DNA from: Candidatus Saccharimonadota bacterium | GTDB lineage: Bacteria; Patescibacteriota; Saccharimonadia; Saccharimonadales; Saccharimonadaceae | Assembly (NCBI GenBank): GCA_025349965.1 | Contig: CP075337.1 | Span: 748,699 to 780,698 of the forward strand | Reading direction: 5' to 3' | DNA length: 32,000 nucleotides | Shown: one piece after another, positions 7,877 to 16,343 of the stretch | Numbering within the stretch: position 1 is the first letter of the stretch | Layout: every line of letters starts with the position of its first letter | Translations under genes and position numbers: made by a program | The notes under the pieces: model-generated | Seen by the model: the letters and a program-made list of their open reading frames with translations, nothing else | Databases searched by the model: none | What the model was told of the DNA's origin: nothing

Positions 7877-10815
7877 TCCGCAACTTCTCCCTCGGAGCCA
7901 AATGAAACTCGACGCGTTCCTCGGCCAGATTTTTTAATTTGGTGTAGCACCTCTCTGCCATCATCAAGATATACAGGAGAAGTCGCTTGCGCCTGCTGTT
8001 CCGCAGTAATGCGCGTTACATAGGGGCGGCCCCTATCGTAGAAGATTTTTGTTTCAACGCCACCTATAGTGAGTATTTCTGGTGATCGCCTCGTCATCTC
8101 AACACGAGCAGCCGTGTCATAATAGCGAGCAATAGTAATTCCCTTTTCGAGCATATGTCGATCAAGCAGCGCATCAAGCTCCTGGGCATTACGTGTCCGT
8201 GCCGCATAGTTTTTGAGGATAGACTCTATATCATGTTTTGTTAGGTCTGCCGGCGCCTGCAGCTGCCTGTACTGCTCGAGGTCTTCTGCGGTATGTATTC
8301 TTCGGTACTCGGCAAGCTCCTCAGCCACCGAGCGCAGTGCAAGCTGGGCGTCGCCAGGATTCTGAAGAGAGTAGCGCACAAGTTCAGCCTGGCTTGTTTC
8401 CGGAATATCATCGTGGCTCTTCACCACTTCTGGACTACCTACCTTTATGTCGCCAAACATCGCTTGTTCGCGCTCAACAACCATACCACCATCCATACGC
8501 GCAGAACCCTTGATTGGAACATAGTCAACGAGATTCGTCTGAAGCGCAAAACGACCAACCACCTCAGGTCTCACCCTCAGCACTAGATCAAGCACATTCT
8601 TCACCTGCTGCTCACCTTGGCGATCTCGCGTGTAATACCGAGGGAATCCAGCAATCAACTGGCGCGGCTCTGGCTCAGCAACACTCCTGTCATTAATTGT
8701 TCGGAAGCGCACGGCATTCGCATCGCGAATATCTCTATATACGTGCTCTTTGTTGTGCACACCAGCCTCGCGGTATGTCATCATAAACATGCCAGCGGTG
8801 AAATCATCGCGAAGAAGCCCTACCTCTTCATAGCTCGGGGAATCGAGGTTGATATCAGAGATGTTAATGCCTAGGCGATGTAGAATCTTTCCTGCAACAT
8901 CGCGTGCGCGCTCAACGCGACGCGGGTTAAGGTCATATGCCTTGGCGTAGAGATACTGCTCTCGTGGTGTCACGTTTTCTTGATCAGCCTCACGCAACGC
9001 CAACATAAGATCAAGTTGTGCAGAGAAATCGTCGTCCGCACTGCTTGTAAGGAGTCGCTTCCACTCAGTTCCAGACCCCTTCCTAAATTCCTGCAAGCCA
9101 CCTGTGTCAACAGCAGAGGCTGTCAGCGCCATGAAGGCAAGTTGACGCGAGACACGCTCACGCCTCAGCGACTCTACAAGGCCACGTGAAAGCTCTACCG
9201 CGACCGGGAAGCGTGTCATTTCTTGCCCAATATCAGTCAGTTCGTTTACCCTATCAAGCGCTCCAATAGCGCGAAGACGAGTCTTTGTATTTTGGATTGT
9301 TGCTGGCTGTACCTCATGTCCAGTGAAAAGCCCCAGCTCTTCAAAATCGTAGCTCGTTTTTGCATTATCAAGAATGTTTGAAGACAAGTCGGTATTGTAA
9401 ATCTCCGGCACTGCGTAGGGGTCGCGCTCATCAAGCGACTTGAACGGATAGAGCTTTCTATTCTGTTCGATGCTTCGCTCGGTGCGTCCAATAATCATTG
9501 GTGCGCAAATATACCCAACGCCACCCGCAACATCACGACCCGCTCGACCAATCTCTTGAATTACCTCAGACTGCGAAAGATATTCGCGAACCAGCCCCGG
9601 GTGACCATCGACGTCGAGGATTTCACGATTAATCGTTCCGTCCGTATACACGGCTGTCACCTTAGGAAGCGTAATACCTGACATACCAGCCGGTGTTGCA
9701 ATCGTTACAAGTTTTTTGCCACGTTCTGCGGGTCGAGCCACCTGCTTCATTTGAAACTTCGTCAACTCTCCGTGTAGCATTCTGAATTCGTATCCCGCCG
9801 AGCTTCCCTTCTCTCGCGCTTCAAGCGCACGAATCGTTTCGGTAATAACGCTTTTAATCTCTTTCATGCCCGACGTAAAGATGAGAGATGATTCATCGCC
9901 TCTACCATTCTCAACAAACGCCTGTACCGGAGTCATATCGGGCATTTCGTGAATTTCCACATTAAAGGGGCGGCCTTCAATATTCACGACGGGGACTTCT
10001 GCTTTTTCTGGATATTCAGCATCGGTCACCCTGCCCAATGAGTACTGCAGCGTCTTTGCGTCAAGCGTCGCACTGGCGGCAATCAAGCGAGCATTAGGGT
10101 TCTCACGCACCCACATTGCAGCATGACCAAGCGCAAGTTCAGAATAGAGATTTCGCTCATGGATTTCATCAATCAAGAAAGCAACCTTCTTGTCCTTGTA
10201 TTCCCTGTCGATATGTCCATCGGCAAACATCAGGTTGAGGACGTTTGGCGTCATAATAGAAATTTTGTTCTTGTCATGGATAGAGACATCACCTCCATGA
10301 CGTTTTCCTACAAGGTTTCTCGCCTCATGCTCACCCAGCTGACCGTTAAGCTCTTCCTGAATACGCTCATGAAGTCCATCGACAATAATACGGCGAGGTG
10401 GAACAACAAAAACATCATACCCAGCTTCGTAAAGATACTGTGGAATTTGTGTGCTTTTCCCTGAGCCAGTAGCACCGGTACTAATTACCACCTTATTGTT
10501 CTCAACAGCGTCAATAATTTCATTCTTGTGATTAATCGCGGGGAGTTCTCTGTTTCCAAGACCGATAATTTCCTGCTCGTCCTGCTCCACAGACTGGGGA
10601 GGACTTACGGCCATCTCTTCAGGACTCATCAACTCCGGAATGAATGTCGTTGAGTTATACTTCTCACGCAAGCTCGCTAGATTTTGAGCACGATCACGCC
10701 GTGATTGCTCTAAGTTCTGAATGTACCCATAGCTTGGCGTCGCAAACACACCCCTGCGCTCACTTCCGTGAGTACGTCGTGCATACGAAGCCTTCCCATT
10801 CAGTCGCTCTGCCAT
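7873..10815 (-). CDS. DEAH-box (HrpA/HrpB-like) ATP-dependent helicase
   Basis: Motif I GATGSGKSTQIPQ, motif II DEIHERN, motif III SATLD, FTSGMKEI, motif VI QEIGRAGR. The track start is GTG 10833; ATG 10815 (MAERLNGK) is more likely. Confidence 0.85.
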   Translation of the reverse strand: MAERLNGKASYARRTHGSERRGVFATPSYGYIQNLEQSRRDRAQNLASLREKYNSTTFIPELMSPEEMAVSPPQSVEQDEQEIIGLGNRELPAINHKNEIIDAVENNKVVISTGATGSGKSTQIPQYLYEAGYDVFVVPPRRIIVDGLHERIQEELNGQLGEHEARNLVGKRHGGDVSIHDKNKISIMTPNVLNLMFADGHIDREYKDKKVAFLIDEIHERNLYSELALGHAAMWVRENPNARLIAASATLDAKTLQYSLGRVTDAEYPEKAEVPVVNIEGRPFNVEIHEMPDMTPVQAFVENGRGDESSLIFTSGMKEIKSVITETIRALEAREKGSSAGYEFRMLHGELTKFQMKQVARPAERGKKLVTIATPAGMSGITLPKVTAVYTDGTINREILDVDGHPGLVREYLSQSEVIQEIGRAGRDVAGGVGYICAPMIIGRTERSIEQNRKLYPFKSLDERDPYAVPEIYNTDLSSNILDNAKTSYDFEELGLFTGHEVQPATIQNTKTRLRAIGALDRVNELTDIGQEMTRFPVAVELSRGLVESLRRERVSRQLAFMALTASAVDTGGLQEFRKGSGTEWKRLLTSSADDDFSAQLDLMLALREADQENVTPREQYLYAKAYDLNPRRVERARDVAGKILHRLGINISDINLDSPSYEEVGLLRDDFTAGMFMMTYREAGVHNKEHVYRDIRDANAVRFRTINDRSVAEPEPRQLIAGFPRYYTRDRQGEQQVKNVLDLVLRVRPEVVGRFALQTNLVDYVPIKGSARMDGGMVVEREQAMFGDIKVGSPEVVKSHDDIPETSQAELVRYSLQNPGDAQLALRSVAEELAEYRRIHTAEDLEQYRQLQAPADLTKHDIESILKNYAARTRNAQELDALLDRHMLEKGITIARYYDTAARVEMTRRSPEILTIGGVETKIFYDRGRPYVTRITAEQQAQATSPVYLDDGREVLHQIKKSGRGTRRVSFGSEGEVAD

Positions 10816-10865
10816 ATGGGGTAATAGTACCACCTTTCACACCGTATAGAAAGCGTAAGTAGAAT

Positions 10866-10898
10866 TAAAAAGAAGGCCTCGTATGAGACCTTCTTTCG
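10866..10898 (-). terminator. Intrinsic terminator downstream of rpoD
   Basis: Stem AGAAGGCCTC / GAGACCTTCT (one mismatch) with loop GTAT. On the minus strand a T-run follows. Confidence 0.7.
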
Positions 10899-10909
10899 GT
10901 TTGCGGTTT

Positions 10910-11938
10910 TTAGCTCAAATAATCGTGTAGTTTCTTTGAATCTTTATGCTTACGAAGCTTGGCAAGCGCCTTTGCTTCAATCTGGCGAATACGCTCACGA
11001 GTAACGGCAAATTCTTGCCCAACTTCCTCAAGTGTATGGCTTTTGCCATTTTCTAGACCAAAGCGCATCTTAATAATTTTCTGTTCACGGTCTGAGAGTG
11101 TTGAGAGGATTCCTTGCACCTGCTCCTTAAGAAGCTGTGATGCCGCAGACTCTTCTGGTGTTGCAGACTCTTCATCTTCAATGAAATCACGAAGCACAGA
11201 ATCTTCATCATCACCATCGCGGCCAACGCCAGCATCAAGTGAAGTAATATCCTGCTTAATCTTCATGACGTATTCAACCTTTTCAGGCTCCATCTCGAGT
11301 TCTTTAGCAAGCTCTTCAATGGTTGGCTCACGGTTAAGCTCTTGTGTCATACGGCGTTGCGTACGGAGCAACTTGTTAATTGTCTCCACCATGTGCACCG
11401 GAATACGGATAGTACGCGCCTGGTCAGCAATAGCACGGGTAATTGCTTGGCGAATCCACCACGTTGCATAGGTTGAAAACTTGAATCCCTTATCTGGGTC
11501 AAACTTTTCAACGGCGCGAAGAAGTCCGGTGTTTCCTTCTTGGATAAGGTCGAGGAAATCAAGGCCACGGCCACTATAGCGCTTTGCGATTGAGACGACG
11601 AGACGCATATTTGCCTCTGCCATCTTATCTTTCGCCTTCTTTTCACCCGCAATCACACGCTGTGCAAGCGCCAGCTCTTCTTCAGCGTTGAGAAGCGGGA
11701 TTTTACCAATTTCACGAAGGTACAAGCGGACACTGTCGTCGCTTGCATCATCAAAATACTGCTCCTGACTTAGCAGATCTTCGTCCGTATCTACCTCTTC
11801 AAGCTCTTCTGCAGCTGGACCATCAAAGTCAATAGCTCCGAGTCCTTCGGTCTGTGGCGCTTCAGTCGCTTCACCCTCTACTCCTTCAAGCAATACATCT
11901 TCTACTGGTGCATCTTGCTTCTTTTTACCTCTTGGCAC
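10910..11938 (-). CDS. rpoD: RNA polymerase sigma-70 factor RpoD (short, acidic N-terminus)
   Basis: [21 protein letters not shown] (region 1.2), [30 protein letters not shown] (region 2) and [24 protein letters not shown] (region 4.2). Confidence 0.95.
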   Translation of the reverse strand: MPRGKKKQDAPVEDVLLEGVEGEATEAPQTEGLGAIDFDGPAAEELEEVDTDEDLLSQEQYFDDASDDSVRLYLREIGKIPLLNAEEELALAQRVIAGEKKAKDKMAEANMRLVVSIAKRYSGRGLDFLDLIQEGNTGLLRAVEKFDPDKGFKFSTYATWWIRQAITRAIADQARTIRIPVHMVETINKLLRTQRRMTQELNREPTIEELAKELEMEPEKVEYVMKIKQDITSLDAGVGRDGDDEDSVLRDFIEDEESATPEESAASQLLKEQVQGILSTLSDREQKIIKMRFGLENGKSHTLEEVGQEFAVTRERIRQIEAKALAKLRKHKDSKKLHDYLS

Positions 11939-13670
11939 GTGTTGTCTCCTTTATGAGTTCATTCAGTGCGCGCATAAGACGCGTCGCCTCTGCGTCGTCG
12001 CCGGTATCCTGGGCGACTCGCAACTGTTCATTTAGTACTTGTATCTGTTTTTTCTTGTGTTCGGTTATTATAAGGCGGACCAAGCGAGCAGCTTCGAGAG
12101 CGCGATCCTTCGACTCCCATTGCCCGTATCGTGTATCGGCCTGTAGTAATATTATTTTTACATAGTTTTCATAATCTTGCAACTCTTTAGGCACCTCTTG
12201 AAGCACTTCCGTAGATGTCTGCAGGTATTTCAGTAGCTCAACTTGCTCATCAGTAATAAAATGCTCATACACAAGCGACCCAAGAAGCGGGCGCACTTCC
12301 GGATCGACCGCGGCGATAGAAAGTAGCGTATCATGGTTAGAGCGCGGCTGTGGACGCTGTAGTGGTACAGCACGCACTTCTTTTAGTTGCACCTCCTCTG
12401 GCACCTCGCCAGTAGCAAGCTTTTCGGCAATTGTTCCTTCAGACATCTCGACGTATCGTGCGATTTTTTTAACATACGCTTTTTGCTCAACGACATCATC
12501 AAGTCTTCGCACGACTTTCAGGGCTGCTGTAGTAAAATCACGCCTTCCCGCGGGAGTCTCCATATTTTCACGGGCAGCATATTGCCGGAAGAGCCAATCA
12601 ACTACCGCCTCGGAGGTATCGATTGCCCGTTGCCACAACGAAACATCTTTCTGAATAAGTTCATCTGGGTCTTTTACATCATCTGGCAAACTTACGATTG
12701 TGAGCTCCGCGCCAACGTTCTGTGCAATAGGAATCGCGCGTTCCGTAGCCGCAAGACCAGCAGCATCAGCGTCAAAGGCAAGTTTTATGTTCGGACTCAA
12801 ACGAACAAGTGCTTTTAGGTGTTGTTCCGTCATGGCTGTTCCAGCAGTTGCTACAACCGCCTTCACGCCCACCTGATGGCTACTCACAACATCAAGATTA
12901 CCCTCTACAACTACGACATAGTCGTTCTTGCGAATCGCCTCTTTTGCCTGGCTGAGACCAAAAACATGACGGCTTTTATCATACAGGAGTGTTTGCGGTG
13001 TGTTGAGATACTTTGGTGCATTTGGTTCATCTGTCAAAATACGTCCAGTAAACCCGATCACCTTCCCCGACGCATCCATAAGTGGCACCGTCATTCTTCC
13101 ACGGAAAAGATCGCCACCAAAGCGGTTCACAAGACCACTCTCATCAAGTTCTCGTTTCGTAAAACCCTTTCGATTTAAAAACTGGACGAGCGCCGCGCCT
13201 GAATCTGGCGCATAGCCAATTTGAAAATCCTGAACCACCTCTTTGCTCAAGTTGCGTTTTTTAAATACATATTCGAGTGCTGTCTGATTTTGCAATAAAC
13301 TTTGCTGAAAGTAACGAGCTGCAAGTACGTGCGCTTCGAGAAGGCGGCGCTTCTTCTTAGCATTCTCCTGAGCTTGCTGCGAATTCTGAGCAGAAAGGTC
13401 GACGCCTGCTTTTTGCGCGAGGATCTCAAGCGCTCCGCGGAAATCAGTCCCCTCGACTTCCATAACAAAGCTAAACACATCACCACCCTTATTTGAAGAA
13501 AAGTCATGCCAAATATTTTTCTCCGGGCTTACAATGAAGCTCGGGGTTTTTTCGGCAGAAAATGGACTAAGGCCCTTGAAGTTACGGCCCGCGCGCTTCA
13601 GTTGAACATACTCACCTACAACATCTTCAATGTTGAGCCGAGCGCGTATCTCTTCCTTGGCGTCTTGCAT
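11925..13670 (-). CDS. dnaG: DNA primase DnaG (zinc-ligand-less zinc-binding domain)
   Basis: [18 protein letters not shown] ... GGDVFSF, and [20 protein letters not shown] ... LAFDADAAG. It overlaps rpoD by 14 nt, as in the classic dnaG-rpoD operon. The track start is TTG 13688. ATG 13670 lies 6 nt downstream of TATAAT. Confidence 0.9.
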   Translation of the reverse strand: MQDAKEEIRARLNIEDVVGEYVQLKRAGRNFKGLSPFSAEKTPSFIVSPEKNIWHDFSSNKGGDVFSFVMEVEGTDFRGALEILAQKAGVDLSAQNSQQAQENAKKKRRLLEAHVLAARYFQQSLLQNQTALEYVFKKRNLSKEVVQDFQIGYAPDSGAALVQFLNRKGFTKRELDESGLVNRFGGDLFRGRMTVPLMDASGKVIGFTGRILTDEPNAPKYLNTPQTLLYDKSRHVFGLSQAKEAIRKNDYVVVVEGNLDVVSSHQVGVKAVVATAGTAMTEQHLKALVRLSPNIKLAFDADAAGLAATERAIPIAQNVGAELTIVSLPDDVKDPDELIQKDVSLWQRAIDTSEAVVDWLFRQYAARENMETPAGRRDFTTAALKVVRRLDDVVEQKAYVKKIARYVEMSEGTIAEKLATGEVPEEVQLKEVRAVPLQRPQPRSNHDTLLSIAAVDPEVRPLLGSLVYEHFITDEQVELLKYLQTSTEVLQEVPKELQDYENYVKIILLQADTRYGQWESKDRALEAARLVRLIITEHKKKQIQVLNEQLRVAQDTGDDAEATRLMRALNELIKETTRAKR

Positions 13671-13793
13671 GATCTTATTATACCTCAAGGGGACAAGTGA
13701 AATAACTGCTTGCGCTTATTTCAAGACAACCCCAGAACTCACGACCCGCACACCGCCCTTTATCTCTGTTATCGATTATGGTTAAATGAGAGT

Positions 13794-14396
13794 ATGAACC
13801 AGTCACCTGCAGACTATCTTGATAAGATTGCACCCCAAGCCCCAAAACGCCAGCTTTTTCAGCTTAATCTACGGAACGTTATCTTTCTGGCAATTGGCAT
13901 CGTCATTCTTGTTATCATCATGGTGGTTATCGCCAATGCTATTGGTGGTGGAAAAAATACACCATGGCAGCAGCTTTCACTGCGCCTTACTAATACAGAG
14001 AAGGTCACCAGTGCGGCTGGAAGTTCTATCAAAAATAGCCAACTTCGTTCTTTGAATAGCGAAGTTAAGATCTACCTTACTAACACGCAACGAGATCTCG
14101 CAACACCTTTTAAAACAGTTGGTGTCACTCCGAAGAAAATACCCGCATCAATCACTAAATCAGAGGCAACACGTGACACTGAAATGACTACTCGCCTTGA
14201 GACGGCTCGATTTAATGCCAAGTATGACAGCGCGTACGCCCGTGAAATGAGCTACCAGCTCTCTGGTATCCTTGCCCTTTATCAACAGCTCCACTCGCAA
14301 AGCGGACCAAATACAAAAAAGACCCTCGAAACAGCGTACAACAACCTCTTGCCAACCCAGAAGGCAATTGCCGAATTTAGCGCCTCAAACGAGTAA
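13794..14396 (+). CDS. Hypothetical membrane-anchored protein
   Basis: MNQSPADYL start with a GAGAG RBS. TM helix VIFLAIGIVILVIIMVVIANAIGG. No family recognised. The longer track start at 13710 is unsupported. Confidence 0.55.
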   Translation: MNQSPADYLDKIAPQAPKRQLFQLNLRNVIFLAIGIVILVIIMVVIANAIGGGKNTPWQQLSLRLTNTEKVTSAAGSSIKNSQLRSLNSEVKIYLTNTQRDLATPFKTVGVTPKKIPASITKSEATRDTEMTTRLETARFNAKYDSAYAREMSYQLSGILALYQQLHSQSGPNTKKTLETAYNNLLPTQKAIAEFSASNE

Positions 14397-14762
14397 TTAT
14401 TTTTTTCCAGCAACAAGCTGATAGCTTAGGAGAAGTAGGTCAAAAATCTCTTCTCTAGAAAGCTGACCTGAGCAGATAATAGTGTTCCAATGCTTCTTGT
14501 TGAGGTGATAGCCCGGCTGAACTGTCTCGTACCGCTCGCGCAACGTCTCTGCAAGCACTGGGTCACACTTAAGGCTCACACGCAGTGGCGACGAGCCATC
14601 GTGAACGATAGCAAAAAGTTTCCCCTCTTTCGTGTCGGCGTCACCCACTTTGTATACACTTACACCCTCACCGAAAGGGTAATCAAGCCACGTGTCAGCA
14701 AAGCTCAATGCTTGCGCTTCAAACTCTTTGTGTGTAATTTGTCCTGAAGTATCTTGCATCAT
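14397..14762 (-). CDS. MmcQ/YjbR family DNA-binding protein
   Basis: YPFGEGVSVYKVG ... KLFAIV ... LKCDP ... PGYHLNKKHWNTI matches the YjbR (PF04237) signature. Confidence 0.8.
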   Translation of the reverse strand: MMQDTSGQITHKEFEAQALSFADTWLDYPFGEGVSVYKVGDADTKEGKLFAIVHDGSSPLRVSLKCDPVLAETLRERYETVQPGYHLNKKHWNTIICSGQLSREEIFDLLLLSYQLVAGKK

Positions 14763-14767
14763 ATCCC

Positions 14768-15346
14768 CTATTTAGTCCCTGCTTTAAGTGCATCAAGATA
14801 GTACTGTAATTCTTCTATACTTCCACGGATATCGTCAAGCGCGCGATGTGCTTCGCGTTTTGCAAACTTGCGACGAAAACGATGCTCGAAAACAAGCTTC
14901 CATGAGGTGACATCAAGCATACGGTAATGAAGCAGCTTCGCAAGACGCGCCCAGGTGCGATCAATAAACTGACGGTCCATATGAATAGAGTTGCCCGCAA
15001 GGATAATACGATCATCTGCGGTCATATGCGCTTCAACAAGCGCAATAAGTTCATTCTCTATCGTACGAGCCGAACGTGCAGTTTCGTTTTGCTTTAATAG
15101 CGCATCACGTGTTTCAGGTACGCTATTCCAAAATTCTGCTGCAGGACCTTTGAGCATTCTTTGCTCTGCAAGTCTTGGACCAACCTGAACGGCAGCCTCA
15201 TATGTGGCAACTTCGTTTAAGTCCCAGTCGGTAATAATTGCCCCGACTTCGAGAATGCGATCCTCCACCGGATCAAGTCCGGTCATCTCAAGATCTACCC
15301 ACAAAATGCGAGCGTCTTTTTTAGGACGGCTTACAAGTTTTGTCAC
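14768..15346 (-). CDS. orn: Oligoribonuclease
   Basis: ILWVDLEMTGLDPVEDRILEVGAIITD, GNSIHMDRQFI and HRALDDIRGSIEELQYY are colinear with E. coli Orn DEDDh motifs. GTG start. Confidence 0.9.
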   Translation of the reverse strand: MTKLVSRPKKDARILWVDLEMTGLDPVEDRILEVGAIITDWDLNEVATYEAAVQVGPRLAEQRMLKGPAAEFWNSVPETRDALLKQNETARSARTIENELIALVEAHMTADDRIILAGNSIHMDRQFIDRTWARLAKLLHYRMLDVTSWKLVFEHRFRRKFAKREAHRALDDIRGSIEELQYYLDALKAGTK

Positions 15347-15354
15347 CCGCTTAC

Positions 15355-15792
15355 CTACTTCTTCTTTGGAACTTCAAGCTTGAAGAGACTAACCAGCCAG
15401 TAAACAACGAGTGCGGTGGCAACGAGTGTTATAGCCGACGAAAGAGCTGCACCCCATGCAAAATCCGCAGAACGCCCAAAAGCTTCAAATGTCCATGTCG
15501 CGGTACTAAGTTTCGCCTGTGACCCAACAATAAACTGAACAATAGGGTTAATAAAGCCCTCTACAAGCTTCTTTACTGTATCTCCAGCGGCAGTACCAAT
15601 GGCAAGACCAACCGCGAGGCCAATAATTCCTTGGCCCTTGATAAATTCAACAAATCCATTGAAATGGCTTGAAACCTTCTGCGCACTTTCAGTGGCAGCG
15701 GCCTCTACACGATGCTTCGCCTGGTTGCGAAGTGCCCGACGCTTTGCTGCAGGTGTTTTCGCTTCTGTCTTTGAGTCTTTCTTTTGAGCCAT
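15355..15792 (-). CDS. mscL: Large-conductance mechanosensitive channel MscL with a basic roughly 40-aa N-terminal extension
   Basis: FVEFIKGQGIIGLAVGLAIGTAAGDTVKKLVEGFINPI is the MscL TM1 signature. AAAGGAGA RBS and TGcTATACT extended -10 lie upstream. Confidence 0.85.
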   Translation of the reverse strand: MAQKKDSKTEAKTPAAKRRALRNQAKHRVEAAATESAQKVSSHFNGFVEFIKGQGIIGLAVGLAIGTAAGDTVKKLVEGFINPIVQFIVGSQAKLSTATWTFEAFGRSADFAWGAALSSAITLVATALVVYWLVSLFKLEVPKKK

Positions 15793-15902
15793 ATAGGTCT
15801 CCTTTTGGAGTTGTATCTTAAATTAAGTATAGCATTTGGAAATAAAATTAGGAGAAAGCTAGGGTGATGGGGCCGATACCGTAGCGGCTCGGCCCCACCC
15901 TG

Positions 15903-16199
15903 TTACCGGAAGAGGTAGGTGACCACGAGTTGTTCAACCGAGTCGTTGATGCCGGCGCGCATCTTACGCACGCCGAAGGACTCATCGATGACACCCTCGT
16001 CCACAAGCTGGCGCAGTGCACCGTAGAGGTCATCAGTCGGCACGTTATCCAGGCCGAGCTTCGCAGGAAGCCCTGCCTTAACTACCGGCTCGTAGCCCTC
16101 CTCCTTCTCGTACTCGAACGTTACGGAGCGCATCTTAAACTTCTCGGCAAAGATGGCTCGCACCGCCCCGTAGGGGGTCTTCAAGATATCAGCATCCAT
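15903..16199 (-). CDS. Hypothetical 98-aa protein with atypically GC-rich codon usage (probable foreign origin)
   Basis: Intact ORF with AGGAGAG RBS. By my count GC3 is about 75 percent, against about 49 percent in a 41-codon sample of neighbouring orn. No family recognised. Confidence 0.6.
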   Translation of the reverse strand: MDADILKTPYGAVRAIFAEKFKMRSVTFEYEKEEGYEPVVKAGLPAKLGLDNVPTDDLYGALRQLVDEGVIDESFGVRKMRAGINDSVEQLVVTYLFR

Positions 16200-16257
16200 G
16201 CTCTCTCCTAATTGTAAAGGTGCTCCTACGGTCTAGGTGCACGGGTGTGCAGAGTCA

Positions 16258-16282
16258 GAAAAGCGCCGAGTTGCCCCGACGC
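16258..16282 (-). terminator. Terminator-like hairpin downstream of argS (GCAA tetraloop, T-run)
   Basis: Minus strand GCGTCGGG-GCAA-CTCGGCGC, an 8-bp stem including 2 G-U pairs, followed by TTTTCT. Confidence 0.5.
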
Positions 16283-16343
16283 TCCAAAACTCTACATTCT
16301 TATTATAGCAGTTTTTTGCTAAAAAAGCAATCTACCACCCCTG

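Noticed and set aside
15862-16282. The GC-rich islet as a structured RNA gene (RNase P RNA, tmRNA, SRP RNA)
   Set aside because: I found none of the hallmark motifs on either strand: no GAGGAAAGTCC-type P4 element, no tRNA-like GGTTCGA...CCA end, and no SRP GGAAG/AGCA domain IV. The region has an intact ORF with an RBS and strong third-position GC bias, which indicates coding sequence.
16302-16330. Consensus-like promoter TTGCTT-17-TGcTATAAT immediately after the argS stop, considered as the promoter of the 98-aa ORF
   Set aside because: A terminator-like hairpin (16263-16282, followed by a T-run) lies between it and the ORF, and a second promoter-like element sits downstream of the hairpin. 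It may be a chance match, partly a TTGCT/AGCAA hairpin, or an attenuator. This is unresolved, so I did not call it as a feature.
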